Shown here: positions 20,247 to 31,090 of the stretch, piece by piece
How the letters are laid out: every line of letters starts with the position of its first letter
Position numbering within the stretch: the first letter of the stretch is position 1
Origin: an uncultured Alphaproteobacteria bacterium
GTDB lineage: Bacteria > Pseudomonadota > Alphaproteobacteria > Rhizobiales > Xanthobacteraceae
Assembly (NCBI GenBank): GCA_963795255.1
Contig: CAWCHC010000022.1
Coordinates: 20,845-84,844, forward strand
Direction: 5' to 3'
DNA length: 64,000 nucleotides
Position numbers and translations under genes: made by a program
Notes under the pieces: model-generated
What the model was told of the DNA's origin: nothing
What the model saw: the letters and a program-made list of their open reading frames with translations, nothing else
Database searches by the model: none

Positions 20247-21818
20247 GGCGCTGCCACGGTATTCGGAATTACAAGCGGCGCCATATGCCCAGCGAAGGCA
20301 CCCGCCAGAATTCGCTTCTCATCGAATTCGGCGAGCTCGAGTTCGTCGCGGATACGGCCGTCCGACATGACGTAGATTTCTGTGACAGGTGCCCATGAGT
20401 TCGGGTAACTCGGACGAAACGATGATGACCGCAGCGCCGTCCGCAGCCAGAAGATGAATAAGCCGGTAGATTTCGGCCTTGGCGCCGACATCGATGCCGC
20501 GCGTCGGTTCGTCGAAAATCAATATTTGCGCGCCCGTCAGGATCGATTTGCCAATTACCAGCTTTTGCTGATTACCACCCGATGCCGTTTCCGCCGGGGC
20601 GTCGAGTTGCCCTTTGAAGTGCAACCTTGCGCCGATGGTCTCCGCTATCCTGCGGATCGTTGAAGCAGAGACGAAGCCGGCGACCGATGACCTTTCGAGC
20701 GAGGCCATCACGACGTTCTCGGCACCCGACATCGAGAGCACAAGGCCCTGGTGTTTGCGGTCTTCCGGCAGATAGGCGATGCCCTGGGCAATGGCGTCTC
20801 GCGGATTGCGGATCGTGAGAACCCGGCCGTTCTTGCGGATCTCGCCCGAATCGAGCGCATCGGCACCGAACAGCGCCCGCATGACTTCCGTCCGGCCGGC
20901 GCCGACAAGCCCGGCGAAGCCGACAACCTCCCCGGCTCGCACATTGAAATTGATGTCGTCGAAGACACCGCGACGGCAGAGCCCTGATACGCTCAAGGCC
21001 ACCTCACCGATTTTCTCGTTGCGCGACGGAAAAAGTTCGGAGATCGGACGCCCGACCATCAGGCCGATCAGTTCGGACGTCCCGCCGATGGACGACGCAT
21101 CCATCGTCACGACGCGCTCCCCGCCGCGGAGTACGGTAACGCGATCGGCGATCTCCATAACTTCGTCGAGCCGGTGCGACACATAGAGAATGCAGGTGCC
21201 TTCGGCTTTCATCCGCACGATCAACCGACGCAGTGCCGCCGCTTCATTTTCCGACAAGGCCGCAGTCGGCTCATCCATAACGATGACAGGCGCGCGCAGC
21301 ACCAGCGCACGAGCAATTTCAATGAGCTGTCTCTGGGCCGTCGAGAGATTGCCAGCCAGTTCGGATGGTCGCATTTGAGAGCCGCCACCAAGGGAAGTCA
21401 GAACCTCGGCAGCCCTGCGCTCCGCTTTTGAGCGCGAGTAAAATAGCGAGCCCGGCTCGTTGCCGAGGAAGATATTTTCCGCGACGCTCAGATCCGGCGC
21501 GATCGTCAATTCCTGAAAGATCGTCACGATGCCACGACGCCGCGCGTCGCGCGGCCCATCGAAAACGACGGGTTCCCCGTCGATCGATATCGATCCGCCG
21601 TCAGGCCGAACGTCGCCGGACAGAATTCGGATCAACGTCGATTTGCCGGCGCCGTTTTCCCCGATGAGGGCATGGACCTCGCCACGACGCAAATCGAGAG
21701 AGACACCCCGTAGCGCACGCACGCCGGGATAGTCCTTAGCAAGGTTCTTGAGCACGACGAGCGGGGCGCCATCCATGCTGTGGACTGAATGTGCCGGCTC
21801 TGGCTGGCGGGAGGCCAC
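20243..21818 (-). pseudogene. Sugar-type (RbsA-like) double-domain ABC ATPase, +1 frameshift near 20378 (possibly an assembly error)
   Basis: GENGAGKST, MDEPT, PEDRK, SGGNQQK, FDEPTRGIDVGAK, VSSELPEL. The C-terminus IYVMSDGRI.. is in ORF 20243..20491; extra A in GAAATC. Confidence 0.88.
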
Positions 21819-21820
21819 GG

Positions 21821-22297
21821 CTACCGCCCGTCACCGCGCGCGAGCGGAATGTGTGCGACCGCTTCAACCTCGAGCAAGGTTTCGGGCGTTGGCAGCAATT
21901 CGGAGACCTGGACCACCGTACTTGCCGGCGGTGATTCAAAGAACGTGGCGCGGATGCGGTTGTATATCGGGAAGTCGCGCAAAGTTCGGAAGAATTGCGT
22001 GAGCTTGACGACGTCATTCAGCGTACCGCCCGCCGCCTCAACCGTCAGACGCAGGCTGTTCAATATCCACCACGACTGCGCAGCGATCGGCCCGTCCTTC
22101 AAGTCTGACGACATCTCGCCGATCTCGCCGGCCAGCTTGCGGGCTTCCAGGGGCAAGTCCGAATAGCCCTTGATTATCCTCATCGTGGCCGGGTCTGCGG
22201 CGATAATGCCGGAGAAATAGACGACATCCCCCGCGCGCCGGAACGGCGCGTAACGAGAAAGCGGCGCTGCCACGGTCCCAGAAGCGAGATCCTTCAT
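21821..22297 (-). CDS. RidA/YjgF family protein (no catalytic Arg)
   Basis: YFSG, AGGTLNDVVK, PPASTVVQV, LLEVEAVA. GGAGGAGG RBS before ATG 22297. Confidence 0.9.
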   Translation of the reverse strand: MKDLASGTVAAPLSRYAPFRRAGDVVYFSGIIAADPATMRIIKGYSDLPLEARKLAGEIGEMSSDLKDGPIAAQSWWILNSLRLTVEAAGGTLNDVVKLTQFFRTLRDFPIYNRIRATFFESPPASTVVQVSELLPTPETLLEVEAVAHIPLARGDGR

Positions 22298-22416
22298 GCA
22301 CCCTCCTCCATCCACCAGCGTAGCCAAGATACGGGAGAATGCATGCCATGCAAGTTACTTTAATATGCAGCAACAGACTATAATTTAATCAGCTGGGGTC
22401 TCGTTCCATGCAGCCA

Positions 22417-22448
22417 AAGAGAAAGCCGTCCGAAGGCGGCTTTCTCTT
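22417..22448. terminator. Intrinsic terminator-like hairpin
   Basis: aagagaaagccg-(8 nt)-cggctttctctt is a perfect 12-bp inverted repeat, downstream of the M24 gene and separating two minus-strand operons. Confidence 0.7.
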
Positions 22449-22612
22449 CAACCAAGGGAATTGATTTCAGGCCGGTTCTCATAATCTGCCGGGAAATTCA
22501 GGTGATGCTCGCTTATCGCTGGTTCTACAGACTGGGCGATCAGCACAAAGCCCTGTCGCTATGCTTAGGCGCCGCCGAGTCGACCAGACGTCTTATTTGA
22601 AGATCGATAGAT

Positions 22613-23749
22613 CTAGCAGTCGATAACGAATGGCCTATCCGTCGAAAATTTGGTCGAAATTAATCGAGGTGTCCCGTCAGTGACCAGGATCAAGTCCTGC
22701 AGATGCCAGTGCAGGCGCTGCGGCTCGATTGCCAGTATCATGCCCTTTTCGAGTGCTATGTCGCCATTCCGGCGAAGCACGGGTTCTTGCTGGTGAAACC
22801 AGGGTCCCATTCCATGTCCAACAAGTGACGCCGTATAGCCGATACCCTTCTTGCGAAATTCGGAAGCTACGAATTCATAGATCTCGCCCGCGGTCACTCC
22901 CGGCCGGCATTTGTCTATCGTCTTGCGATGGACTTCGAACGTAAGGTCGTAACCTGCCTCCTGTTCCGGACTAGGATTACCCAGGATAGCGAGCCTGGAC
23001 TGGTGTCCGGGACAGCCATTGAAATAAGCCAAGTAGTCGTTCCGAACGAAGTCGCCCCGACGAAATGCGACGTCGCTTTCACCGCCATACATCACCACGT
23101 TGGAACTTGAATTCAGTATTCCGTGGACGAAACCCGCGCCTTTTCGGGTGAGGGCGGCGATCATGCGGGCATGCACGTCGCGTTCAGTATCGCCCGGACG
23201 AATCGTTGGAAACACCTCGCCGAGAGCTTCATCAAGAAGATCGGCCGCTTGTTTCTGCTGATCGATCTCGGCTTGCGTCTTGATCCAGCGGACCTCATCC
23301 ATCATGCGCGAACAGTCGAACATGTCGAGTTCCGGGAGAGCGGCGCGGATCTGGTCCCAGTGGAGTGCCGCGAGACCGTCTCGCTCAAATCCTATTCTTG
23401 CCTTTGCTAAGCCCGCCTCTTCAATCAATTCGGCGACCCGACCGTACAAAGATTCCTCGTAGGCTTGATAGACCTCAACGCGCTCGATCCAGGACTCACG
23501 CTCCACGAGCTTCTGCGCAAACGCGTCGACGACGACGATTGGCTCCTTTGAGCGCGGCCAGATCACCATGAAGCCACGCACAGTACTTGCAATGTCCATG
23601 TGGCGCGACAATGTACCCGGCATCGCCATGCCCGCGAGATAGGTGAAATTGACACCTGTGCGAACGGCCACGGCAGCCAACCCGTTCCTGTCCATATAGG
23701 AATTCAGGCGATCGATATTGGCAGTTACGGGTCGGCTGCTGCGTAGCAT
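22613..23749 (-). CDS. M24 (Xaa-Pro peptidase/creatinase) family hydrolase with non-canonical metal ligands
   Basis: Creatinase-like N-domain, RWIKTQAEI, RPG..ERD, CRPGV, GHGMG, LEKGMILAIEP, QDLILVT. Confidence 0.85.
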   Translation of the reverse strand: MLRSSRPVTANIDRLNSYMDRNGLAAVAVRTGVNFTYLAGMAMPGTLSRHMDIASTVRGFMVIWPRSKEPIVVVDAFAQKLVERESWIERVEVYQAYEESLYGRVAELIEEAGLAKARIGFERDGLAALHWDQIRAALPELDMFDCSRMMDEVRWIKTQAEIDQQKQAADLLDEALGEVFPTIRPGDTERDVHARMIAALTRKGAGFVHGILNSSSNVVMYGGESDVAFRRGDFVRNDYLAYFNGCPGHQSRLAILGNPSPEQEAGYDLTFEVHRKTIDKCRPGVTAGEIYEFVASEFRKKGIGYTASLVGHGMGPWFHQQEPVLRRNGDIALEKGMILAIEPQRLHWHLQDLILVTDGTPRLISTKFSTDRPFVIDC

Positions 23750-23773
23750 CTTAGTGTCCGTCAGGCTGCATGA

Positions 23774-24106
23774 TTAACGGGCATATCTCACTTCGAACGT
23801 CACGACCCCCTCTTCGGTGCGATAAGGGCCGTGCTTCATGCCGGGCGGTCGGCAGGCATACATGCCCTTCTTGAAAAACTGATCGCCGTCCCATTGACTG
23901 CCTTCGAGGATGTAAACTTCTTCCCAGAAGTCGTGCACAAACGTCTCCGTGCTGGAGCATCCGGGATCCACTTTCAGCATCCGGGTGACGAACATTCGCT
24001 CCGGATCTTCGGTTAGGATTTTCTGATAGTGCCCGGGAGGCGCTCCCTCGACGGGAACCCACGGAATATCGTCTGCAGGGAAGAATTCGAGTTCAGGCTT
24101 CGGCAT
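23774..24106 (-). CDS. Cupin domain protein (ChrR-like)
   Basis: HDFWEEVYILEG, YACRPPGMKHGP. AAGGGAG RBS before ATG 24106. Confidence 0.85.
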   Translation of the reverse strand: MPKPELEFFPADDIPWVPVEGAPPGHYQKILTEDPERMFVTRMLKVDPGCSSTETFVHDFWEEVYILEGSQWDGDQFFKKGMYACRPPGMKHGPYRTEEGVVTFEVRYAR

Positions 24107-24214
24107 TTTGGTCTCCCTTTTCAAACTTCAAATTAGAAAGCAACATCCGGTGATTGCGCCCGTCAATGTTCCGCCGTGGCTAACCCATGAAGAAAAGACA
24201 AAGGCCTCATGCAT

Positions 24215-26149
24215 CTACTCGATGACGTAATCTGCCAGGTTGAGTTCGCGCGTTCGCTGCCATAGCTCGGCTGTACTGAAAGGAAAATTCTGGGTCGTTC
24301 GTCCCTTGCTGTTCTTGTACCAGCTGTTGACCTTTGAGAAGCCCCAAGCGCGTAGCCGGTTGGCTCTGTCGATGCGCTCCATGTACCTACGAAATACCTC
24401 CGGCCTGACGTCCATGGCCTTCGCATCCCGCTCCAGCAGAACGCGTATCGCGTCCAATACGTAAGAGACGCTGAACTCGGTCCACATAATCGCGCTGCCG
24501 CCGTGAACTACCTGGTTTGTATTCGGCCCGTAAAGTATGAACAGGTTTGGAAAGTTCGGAACAGTCATTCCTAAATACGCGCCGGCATCGTCGTCATTCC
24601 AGATCTCACGAAGGCGAACCCCTTTTCTTCCCGTTATCTCCATCGGGAACAAGAATCTTGCCGCCTGGAAACCTGTGCCATAGATGAGAATATCGAACTC
24701 GCAATAAGTTTGATCTTCGAAGACAACGCCACGCTCATTGATACTATCGATCGGTGTCCTGACAACCTGAACGTTGTTCCGCTTCAACGCCTTGACCCAT
24801 GCGCCGTTGTCTCGAATAATCCGCTTCGCCCCCAGGGGAGATGACGGCAATACAGCCGGCCGAAGATCAGGCCGGTCTTCGATCTGCGGTTCCAGCCAAT
24901 CGAGGATTGCTTTTCTTGCGGCATCGTTCTTCGCCGATATGGCCGTCTCCGTCGGTGGAAAGTCCGGCTCGACGATGGCGCCGTCCAACATTCCGATCGA
25001 CCCCGGGAGCACGAGCGTGGCGCGATACCACATCGCATAGCCGGGCACATTGTCGAGCAGCCACCGCTGACCGGTCGAGACCGGCTCTTGCAATAGCGGC
25101 GTGGGAAGTAGCCAAGATACCGTGCGAGCCATCACCGTGACTTTGGCTGCCTCTCGCGCGATTTGAGGGATGAACTGCGCAGCACTCGCACCAGTGCCAA
25201 TGACCCCGACGCGCTTACCAGCGACATCGACCGAATGATCCCACCGCGCCGAATGAAATTTGGGTCCATCGAAAGTCTCGCGTCCTGCTATATCGGGGTA
25301 GAGCGGTCGGTTTAGTTGACCAACAGCGCTTATCAGAATGTTGTGAGTGCGAAAGACAACGCCACTCGTTCCGGTGCAGGTTAGTTCCCAGACGCCGGAA
25401 TCCTCACGCCACGACGCATGATTGACTTCCGTTCCGAATTCAATGTTGCGCCAAATTCCCGAGTTTTTCGCGACCGAGGCAAGATACTCTTGCACGTCTT
25501 TCGCATGACCGTAGTAGTCATTCCAGACGGTTCGGGCGAAGGCGTAGCTGTAGAAAAAGCTGTTACAGTCGACGCGGCAGCCGGGATAATGATTTTCCAG
25601 CCACGTTCCTCCCACGCCAACGTTCTTTTCATAAATGATAAAGGCAATGCCGGCTTGGCGAAGGCGTATTGCCGTCAGAATACCGCTCTCCCCCGCACCG
25701 ATGATGCCGACTGAAAACGGCCGGCCATCGCTGATGCTGGTTTTCGACCAGCGAGGCTGTCGATGATCGTGGCCAGGAACAACCATTTCCTCCAGCGTCA
25801 GCTGCAGCGAGTGCTCAACGGCTTCGTCCATAAGCCAGCAACCGACGTTCTGAACGTCATCGTACGTCGGTGCCGGAGGCGCCGTCATCCCGGAATCGCG
25901 AAAATCTCGCAAACGATCGAGACAGTAATCTCGGACACGTTGTTCTTCGTCTGGCGTCAACCCGCTCACGACAACGCCGAACTCAAGTTTCGGCTTCCAC
26001 TCAGGTCTTAGAGCCGCGATATCCCTGGTGAGATAATAGACAGTCGCCAGCAACGCAGACAGATCAGCGTCCGGAATGTTTTGGCGCAAGCTCATGTCGT
26101 CGGCAGTGATGGTGGAAAGCGCACTGTCGCGGGGTTGATCCAGTTTCAT
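24215..26149 (-). CDS. Baeyer-Villiger-type flavin monooxygenase (4-hydroxyacetophenone monooxygenase-like, long N-terminal extension)
   Basis: IIGAGESG, GGTWLENHYPGCRVD, fingerprint FDGPKFHSARW, VIGTGASA, YGTGF, FPNLFILYGPN, NSWYKN. Confidence 0.9.
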   Translation of the reverse strand: MKLDQPRDSALSTITADDMSLRQNIPDADLSALLATVYYLTRDIAALRPEWKPKLEFGVVVSGLTPDEEQRVRDYCLDRLRDFRDSGMTAPPAPTYDDVQNVGCWLMDEAVEHSLQLTLEEMVVPGHDHRQPRWSKTSISDGRPFSVGIIGAGESGILTAIRLRQAGIAFIIYEKNVGVGGTWLENHYPGCRVDCNSFFYSYAFARTVWNDYYGHAKDVQEYLASVAKNSGIWRNIEFGTEVNHASWREDSGVWELTCTGTSGVVFRTHNILISAVGQLNRPLYPDIAGRETFDGPKFHSARWDHSVDVAGKRVGVIGTGASAAQFIPQIAREAAKVTVMARTVSWLLPTPLLQEPVSTGQRWLLDNVPGYAMWYRATLVLPGSIGMLDGAIVEPDFPPTETAISAKNDAARKAILDWLEPQIEDRPDLRPAVLPSSPLGAKRIIRDNGAWVKALKRNNVQVVRTPIDSINERGVVFEDQTYCEFDILIYGTGFQAARFLFPMEITGRKGVRLREIWNDDDAGAYLGMTVPNFPNLFILYGPNTNQVVHGGSAIMWTEFSVSYVLDAIRVLLERDAKAMDVRPEVFRRYMERIDRANRLRAWGFSKVNSWYKNSKGRTTQNFPFSTAELWQRTRELNLADYVIE

Positions 26150-26250
26150 GTTGGGTCCATCTGGAATCGCCTCATCGCAACTACTTCTCACACGGCATCG
26201 TCGATCGTATTCGTCACGACTCTTCGGGGCTATTCGCGACGGATTGGCCC

Positions 26251-27192
26251 TCACCGCTCTTCGCGGACGTAAGGGATGGCGAGTGCCTCTGGCGCCCCTA
26301 CCCGCTGCTTCATGGCTCGCCGTCCCATAACGGCAAGCACGACGATGGCCATCAGATAGGGAAACATCTGCATTACATAAGTCGAGATCAGGTAGAACAC
26401 GCCGCCCAGAACCTGGGACTGCGCGATCAGGATGTAGGCAAAGCCGAACAGGTAAGCGCCACCCAAGAGCTTAATCGGATGCCATCCAGCAAATATAACC
26501 AGAGCCAGCGCTACCCAGCCGCGGCCTGCTGTCATACCCTCCGCCCATGTGCTGAGATATGCGACCGATAAAAATGCCCCCGCCAGTCCAGCCATGCCCG
26601 CGCCAAACAGGACCGCGAGATAACGAATACGGAATACGTTCCAGCCAACGACATCGACGGCGCTCGGCTTCTCTCCTGCGGCGCGCAAGGCAAGACCTGG
26701 GCGCGTCCGGTAGAGAAAATACCAAACCACCGCGACCATCAAATACGAGAAATACACCAGCGCATTCTGACGGAAGAAAATCCGCCCCAGGGCCGGAATG
26801 TCCGAAATCCATGGCAGAGCCAATAGCGGAACATTCTGACCGATATCAATGCCGACTAGTCCATGTCCGGCGAAACTGGACAGCCCGTCGCCGAGCAGTA
26901 CCATCGCAAGGCCGGCCACGACATGATCGGCGCGAATGGTGACAGTCAGGAAAGCGAATAAAAGCCCGAGCAACATGCCGGCGGCAATTGCGCAGGTAAT
27001 ACCGACTAAAACCGAACCGGATCCAAGCGTCGCTGCGACCGCAGTGAGGGCACCCACGAGCATGATACCTTCTATACCCAGGTTGAGCACACCGCTGCGT
27101 TCGACCACCAATTCGCCAAGGGCAGCCAACAACAGCGGGCTGGCTGCAGCCACGCTCGTCGCCAACATGCTGACAAGCACAGTAGCGTTCAT
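26251..27192 (-). CDS. Nucleoside/purine-type ABC permease
   Basis: ERSGVLNLGIEG, LRAAGE, GRGWVALALV. Confidence 0.92.
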   Translation of the reverse strand: MNATVLVSMLATSVAAASPLLLAALGELVVERSGVLNLGIEGIMLVGALTAVAATLGSGSVLVGITCAIAAGMLLGLLFAFLTVTIRADHVVAGLAMVLLGDGLSSFAGHGLVGIDIGQNVPLLALPWISDIPALGRIFFRQNALVYFSYLMVAVVWYFLYRTRPGLALRAAGEKPSAVDVVGWNVFRIRYLAVLFGAGMAGLAGAFLSVAYLSTWAEGMTAGRGWVALALVIFAGWHPIKLLGGAYLFGFAYILIAQSQVLGGVFYLISTYVMQMFPYLMAIVVLAVMGRRAMKQRVGAPEALAIPYVREER

Positions 27193-28229
27193 GTTCGATC
27201 GACCTTGCTGACATGCAGGCGTGATTGAGAGCGCCGCGCCAAAGTCAGGCCTGCCAGGGCGAAAAAAATGATTGCCGCCTGTATGATGCGAACAAGTGAT
27301 GGATCGATCTGCGCGATTTGCAGGGCGGCGCCGCCTTGCATCAAAACCCCATAAAATACCGCCATCACCAGCACCAGCAATGGATCGTGACCTGCAAGCC
27401 AAGAGACCAAAATGCCTAGATAACCGTATCCTGGCGTGAGGACGTAAAGCCTGCCGGCGGAGCCGCTGACTTGCTGGATTCCGGCTATACCTGCGAGAGC
27501 ACCACTGACGAGCATGACCAGGATCGTAATTCGCGTCACGCTGATCGCGGCATAGCGCGCCGCCTCGTGCGAGTGGCCGACAACCGTGATCTCAAAGCCC
27601 CAACGGCTGAATCGAAGCAGTGCACTCAACGCTAGAGCAATCAGAGGCGCGAAGATGACGCAGATGTCGAGCTCGGACCCGAGTGTCGGCAATCTTGCCT
27701 CGTCTGGAAAATACGCGGAGTACGGCCAGCCGCCTCCTGGCTCCCGCCACGGACCATAGACCAGCGATTGCACCCACAGAATGGCGACGTAATTAAGCAT
27801 CAGGCTTGAGAGCACTTCGTTCACACCAAGCCATACTTTCAATGCCGCCGATATAAATGCCCAGACCGCTGCGCACGCCATACCGCAGGCCACGACCGCC
27901 AATAACATCAGCGGACCAGGCAACGAGGTGTTGAGCGCGATAAGGCCCGCGCCGATGGCGCCCATAACCATCTGGCCTTCACCTCCAATATTCCAGACGC
28001 GGGCGCGGAACGCGACGGCGGCAGCCAGTCCCGTAAATGCAATCGGCTCGGCGAATACGAGCGAACTCTCAAGCGCGCTCCAGGAACCGACCGCCCCATC
28101 GAAGATGGCAAAGAACGTCTCGAGTACGGGCGCATGAACAGCTACGAGGACAACCGAAGAGGCGGCCAACCCCAGCAATACCGACAAAACGAAGGCGCCG
28201 GGCAACCGCAGCCAGAAGGGAATAGCCAT
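27189..28229 (-). CDS. Nucleoside/purine-type ABC permease
   Basis: WNIGGEGQ, NEVLSSLMLNY, SGALAGIAG, GYGYLGI. Confidence 0.92.
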   Translation of the reverse strand: MAIPFWLRLPGAFVLSVLLGLAASSVVLVAVHAPVLETFFAIFDGAVGSWSALESSLVFAEPIAFTGLAAAVAFRARVWNIGGEGQMVMGAIGAGLIALNTSLPGPLMLLAVVACGMACAAVWAFISAALKVWLGVNEVLSSLMLNYVAILWVQSLVYGPWREPGGGWPYSAYFPDEARLPTLGSELDICVIFAPLIALALSALLRFSRWGFEITVVGHSHEAARYAAISVTRITILVMLVSGALAGIAGIQQVSGSAGRLYVLTPGYGYLGILVSWLAGHDPLLVLVMAVFYGVLMQGGAALQIAQIDPSLVRIIQAAIIFFALAGLTLARRSQSRLHVSKVDRT

Positions 28230-28230
28230 A

Positions 28231-29754
28231 TCAAGCTGCGTCCAATAGATGGCCGCCCATCACCGCGCCTAAGGCGCTCCGATCGGCTTGATCGCGCGAC
28301 CACATTCCCCGGACAGTTCCTTCGAAGAGGACAGCGACGCGGTCGGAGAGCTGGAGGATTTCATCGAGGTCTTCAGAAATGAGGATAATTCCGACGCCAT
28401 CCTCGCGCAAATGGAGCAATCGGTCGTGCACCGCTCTCGCCGCTGCAATATCCAACCCCCGCGTTGGCTGAGCCACGATAAAAACCACGGGCTTTGCAAG
28501 TATTTCGCGGCCAATCAGTATCTTCTGTTGATTGCCGCCGGACAACGCGCGCACCGCAGTATTGACGCCCGGCGTGCGCACATCATAATCACGAACAAGC
28601 TTTTCCGCACGTTCGGCAGCCAGCCGCCGGTCTATCCAAACCCCCTTAGCCAAAGGTGGCTCTCGATAGTCACGCAGCAGCATATTGTCGACGATGTCGA
28701 ACTGAGGAACGAGGCCCATGCCTAACCGATCCTCCGGCACGAAACGCAGGCCGTCCCGGAGCCGCGAACGCGCATCGGATGCGGTGACATCTTTCCCATC
28801 CAGCCAGATCTTTCCCTGCTGAAGAGGACGAATGCCAGCCAGACATTCCGCAAGCTCTACCTGGCCATTTCCAGCCACCCCCGCGATACCAAGGATTTCG
28901 CCCGTCTTTACATCGAGCGTGACACCGTTCAGTCCGCTCGTGCCTCGATCCGCTTTTGTTTGGGCGCCTTCGGCCTTCAACGCAATCTCGCCCGCCTTGC
29001 TGCTGCCCTTTGAGCGTAAGTCAGGCATTGACGCGCCTACCATGAGCGAACCAAGCCTCTCTATCGAGGCTTCTGAACGTTCAAGCGACGCGACGACACG
29101 TCCACGCCTAAGCACTGTCACCCGATCGGCCGCAGCCATCACCTCATGAAGCTTGTGAGTAATGAAGACGACGTATTTTCCGGCATCCGCAAGCCGGCGC
29201 AAGGCCAAATACAGGTCCGACGCTTCGCTCGGCGTCAGCACCGAGGTCGGCTCATCGAGCAGAAGCAACTCCGCGCCCCGGTAAAGCAGTTTCAGAATCT
29301 CGACTTTCTGCCGCTGGCCTACAGTCAACTGCCAAATCGACGCGTGCGGATCGACATGCAATCCGTGCTCGCGTCCAACTGCCGCGACGCGATCTGCTGC
29401 TTCCCGCCTATGAAGGTGCAGTGAAGCGTCGGTCGCCCCAAGCAAGATGTTGTCGAGAACAGAAAACGCATTCACCAACTGGAAGTGCTGATGAACCATG
29501 CCAATGCCGCGGCGAACCGCATCCCACGGCGAACGAAATCTGACTTTTTCACCTTCGATAAATATCTCACCACTATCGGGCAAATATACGCCTGAAAGAA
29601 TATTCATCAAAGTGGACTTGCCGGCACCGTTCTCTCCAAGCAGCGCATGGATTTCTCCCCGCTTCAATACGAGATCGACGCAATCGTTAGCGACAATGGC
29701 ACCAAAACGCTTGCAAATCGACGACAGCAAAACGCCTTGTTCATATTGCGCCAT
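28231..29754 (-). CDS. Nucleoside/purine-type double-domain ABC ATPase
   Basis: GENGAGKST, GIGMVHQHF, LDEPTSVLTP, GVAGNGQ, LSGGNQQK, QPTRGLD, ISEDLDE. Confidence 0.94.
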   Translation of the reverse strand: MAQYEQGVLLSSICKRFGAIVANDCVDLVLKRGEIHALLGENGAGKSTLMNILSGVYLPDSGEIFIEGEKVRFRSPWDAVRRGIGMVHQHFQLVNAFSVLDNILLGATDASLHLHRREAADRVAAVGREHGLHVDPHASIWQLTVGQRQKVEILKLLYRGAELLLLDEPTSVLTPSEASDLYLALRRLADAGKYVVFITHKLHEVMAAADRVTVLRRGRVVASLERSEASIERLGSLMVGASMPDLRSKGSSKAGEIALKAEGAQTKADRGTSGLNGVTLDVKTGEILGIAGVAGNGQVELAECLAGIRPLQQGKIWLDGKDVTASDARSRLRDGLRFVPEDRLGMGLVPQFDIVDNMLLRDYREPPLAKGVWIDRRLAAERAEKLVRDYDVRTPGVNTAVRALSGGNQQKILIGREILAKPVVFIVAQPTRGLDIAAARAVHDRLLHLREDGVGIILISEDLDEILQLSDRVAVLFEGTVRGMWSRDQADRSALGAVMGGHLLDAA

Positions 29755-29775
29755 TGGAACTTCCTCGGGATAGAT

Positions 29776-30849
29776 TTATTTCGCGGCGCCCTTTACTCCA
29801 GCAACGAGCCAATTCATTTTCGTGGCAGCATCTTCGGAACTCAGCTCGGTCCCGGCCGGGACGCGCACCTTGCCCTCATTGTCCTCGATCGGTCCGGCAA
29901 ACACCTTCAACTCGCCCGAAATGATTTTCTGCTTCGCGGCTTCGACCGCCGTTTTGGCTTCGTCGGTCACCATCGGCCCATAGGGCAGCAACACCACGAT
30001 GCCGCTCTTCAGGTCCCCGAGATCTCGTGTCGATTCGAATTTGTTGGCCTTAACGGCCTCCACTTCCTTGACGTAAAACGGCCCCCAATTCCACGCGCTG
30101 CCGCTAAGAAAGGCCTGGGGCGAAGCAAACGACCAGTCGGCATTGCTCGTCATGCCCCATTTGCCCTGTGCAGCCGCAGCCTGCAGCGTCGCCGCCGAGT
30201 TAAGGTGATTGGCGATGATGTCAGCACCGGCGCTGAGCAGGGCATCGGCGCTTTCCTTTTCCTTCGGCGGATCGTACCAGCTGTTGACCCAGTTGGTGAC
30301 CACCGTGGCGTTGGGATTGACCGACTTTACACCGAGCGCAAATGCATTCGCGCCGGAGACAACCGCAGCGTACGGAAACGCGCCGGCAAATCCGACGATG
30401 TTAGTCTTGGTCATCTTTCCAGCGAGAACGCCTTCCAGATAACGAACCTGTTCAAGCTTGCCGTAATAGGAGGCCACGTTTTTCGGCCCCTTCGGATCGG
30501 CCATCTGGACTATGAAAAAGACCTCGGGATGTTTTTTTGCGATCTCCGGAATGAACGTTCCATAGCCGTAGCTGTTTGCAAAAATGACCTTATTGCCCTT
30601 GGCGATAAGATTATTGATGACGGGCACAACGCCCGGACCGTCAGGAACCGACTCGACACGCGTGACATCGAGGTCGGGTACGTGATCTTGCAAATACTTA
30701 GTCGCCTCGGCGTTTGCCCGAACCCACGACGCTCCCGAGGCTTGGGCGAATTCAACGAAGGCGACTTTCAGCTTCTCGTCGGCCGATGCCTGAGTTGCAA
30801 AAAACAATCCACAGAGCAGAGCCGATGCTGCGACACGAATTCGTTTCAC
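29776..30849 (-). CDS. BMP family ABC substrate-binding protein
   Basis: Signal peptide; KLKVAFV, FANSYGY, YLEGVLAGKMTKTN.VGF, NAFALG, WVNSWYDP.KE, WNWGPFY. Confidence 0.92.
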   Translation of the reverse strand: MKRIRVAASALLCGLFFATQASADEKLKVAFVEFAQASGASWVRANAEATKYLQDHVPDLDVTRVESVPDGPGVVPVINNLIAKGNKVIFANSYGYGTFIPEIAKKHPEVFFIVQMADPKGPKNVASYYGKLEQVRYLEGVLAGKMTKTNIVGFAGAFPYAAVVSGANAFALGVKSVNPNATVVTNWVNSWYDPPKEKESADALLSAGADIIANHLNSAATLQAAAAQGKWGMTSNADWSFASPQAFLSGSAWNWGPFYVKEVEAVKANKFESTRDLGDLKSGIVVLLPYGPMVTDEAKTAVEAAKQKIISGELKVFAGPIEDNEGKVRVPAGTELSSEDAATKMNWLVAGVKGAAK

Positions 30850-31090
30850 CGCGAGTCTCCCTTCAATGAGTTCAAAAACAGCGGCCAGGCCATAACCGCG
30901 GCTTCAGGCCCAATTAGTGGAATGCCAAGCAAGTCACGTGCCATCAAAAATCTGCGGCATTCATAAAACTCGCCACCATCTTGCTTAAAGAATAAGCATA
31001 TTTCGCGGCTCGTCGCCAAAATTACTTTCATGCCATGCAACCGAAATCTTGGTACGTTCAAACGAGGTCGCGCAACGGTTGAGTCAGAGG

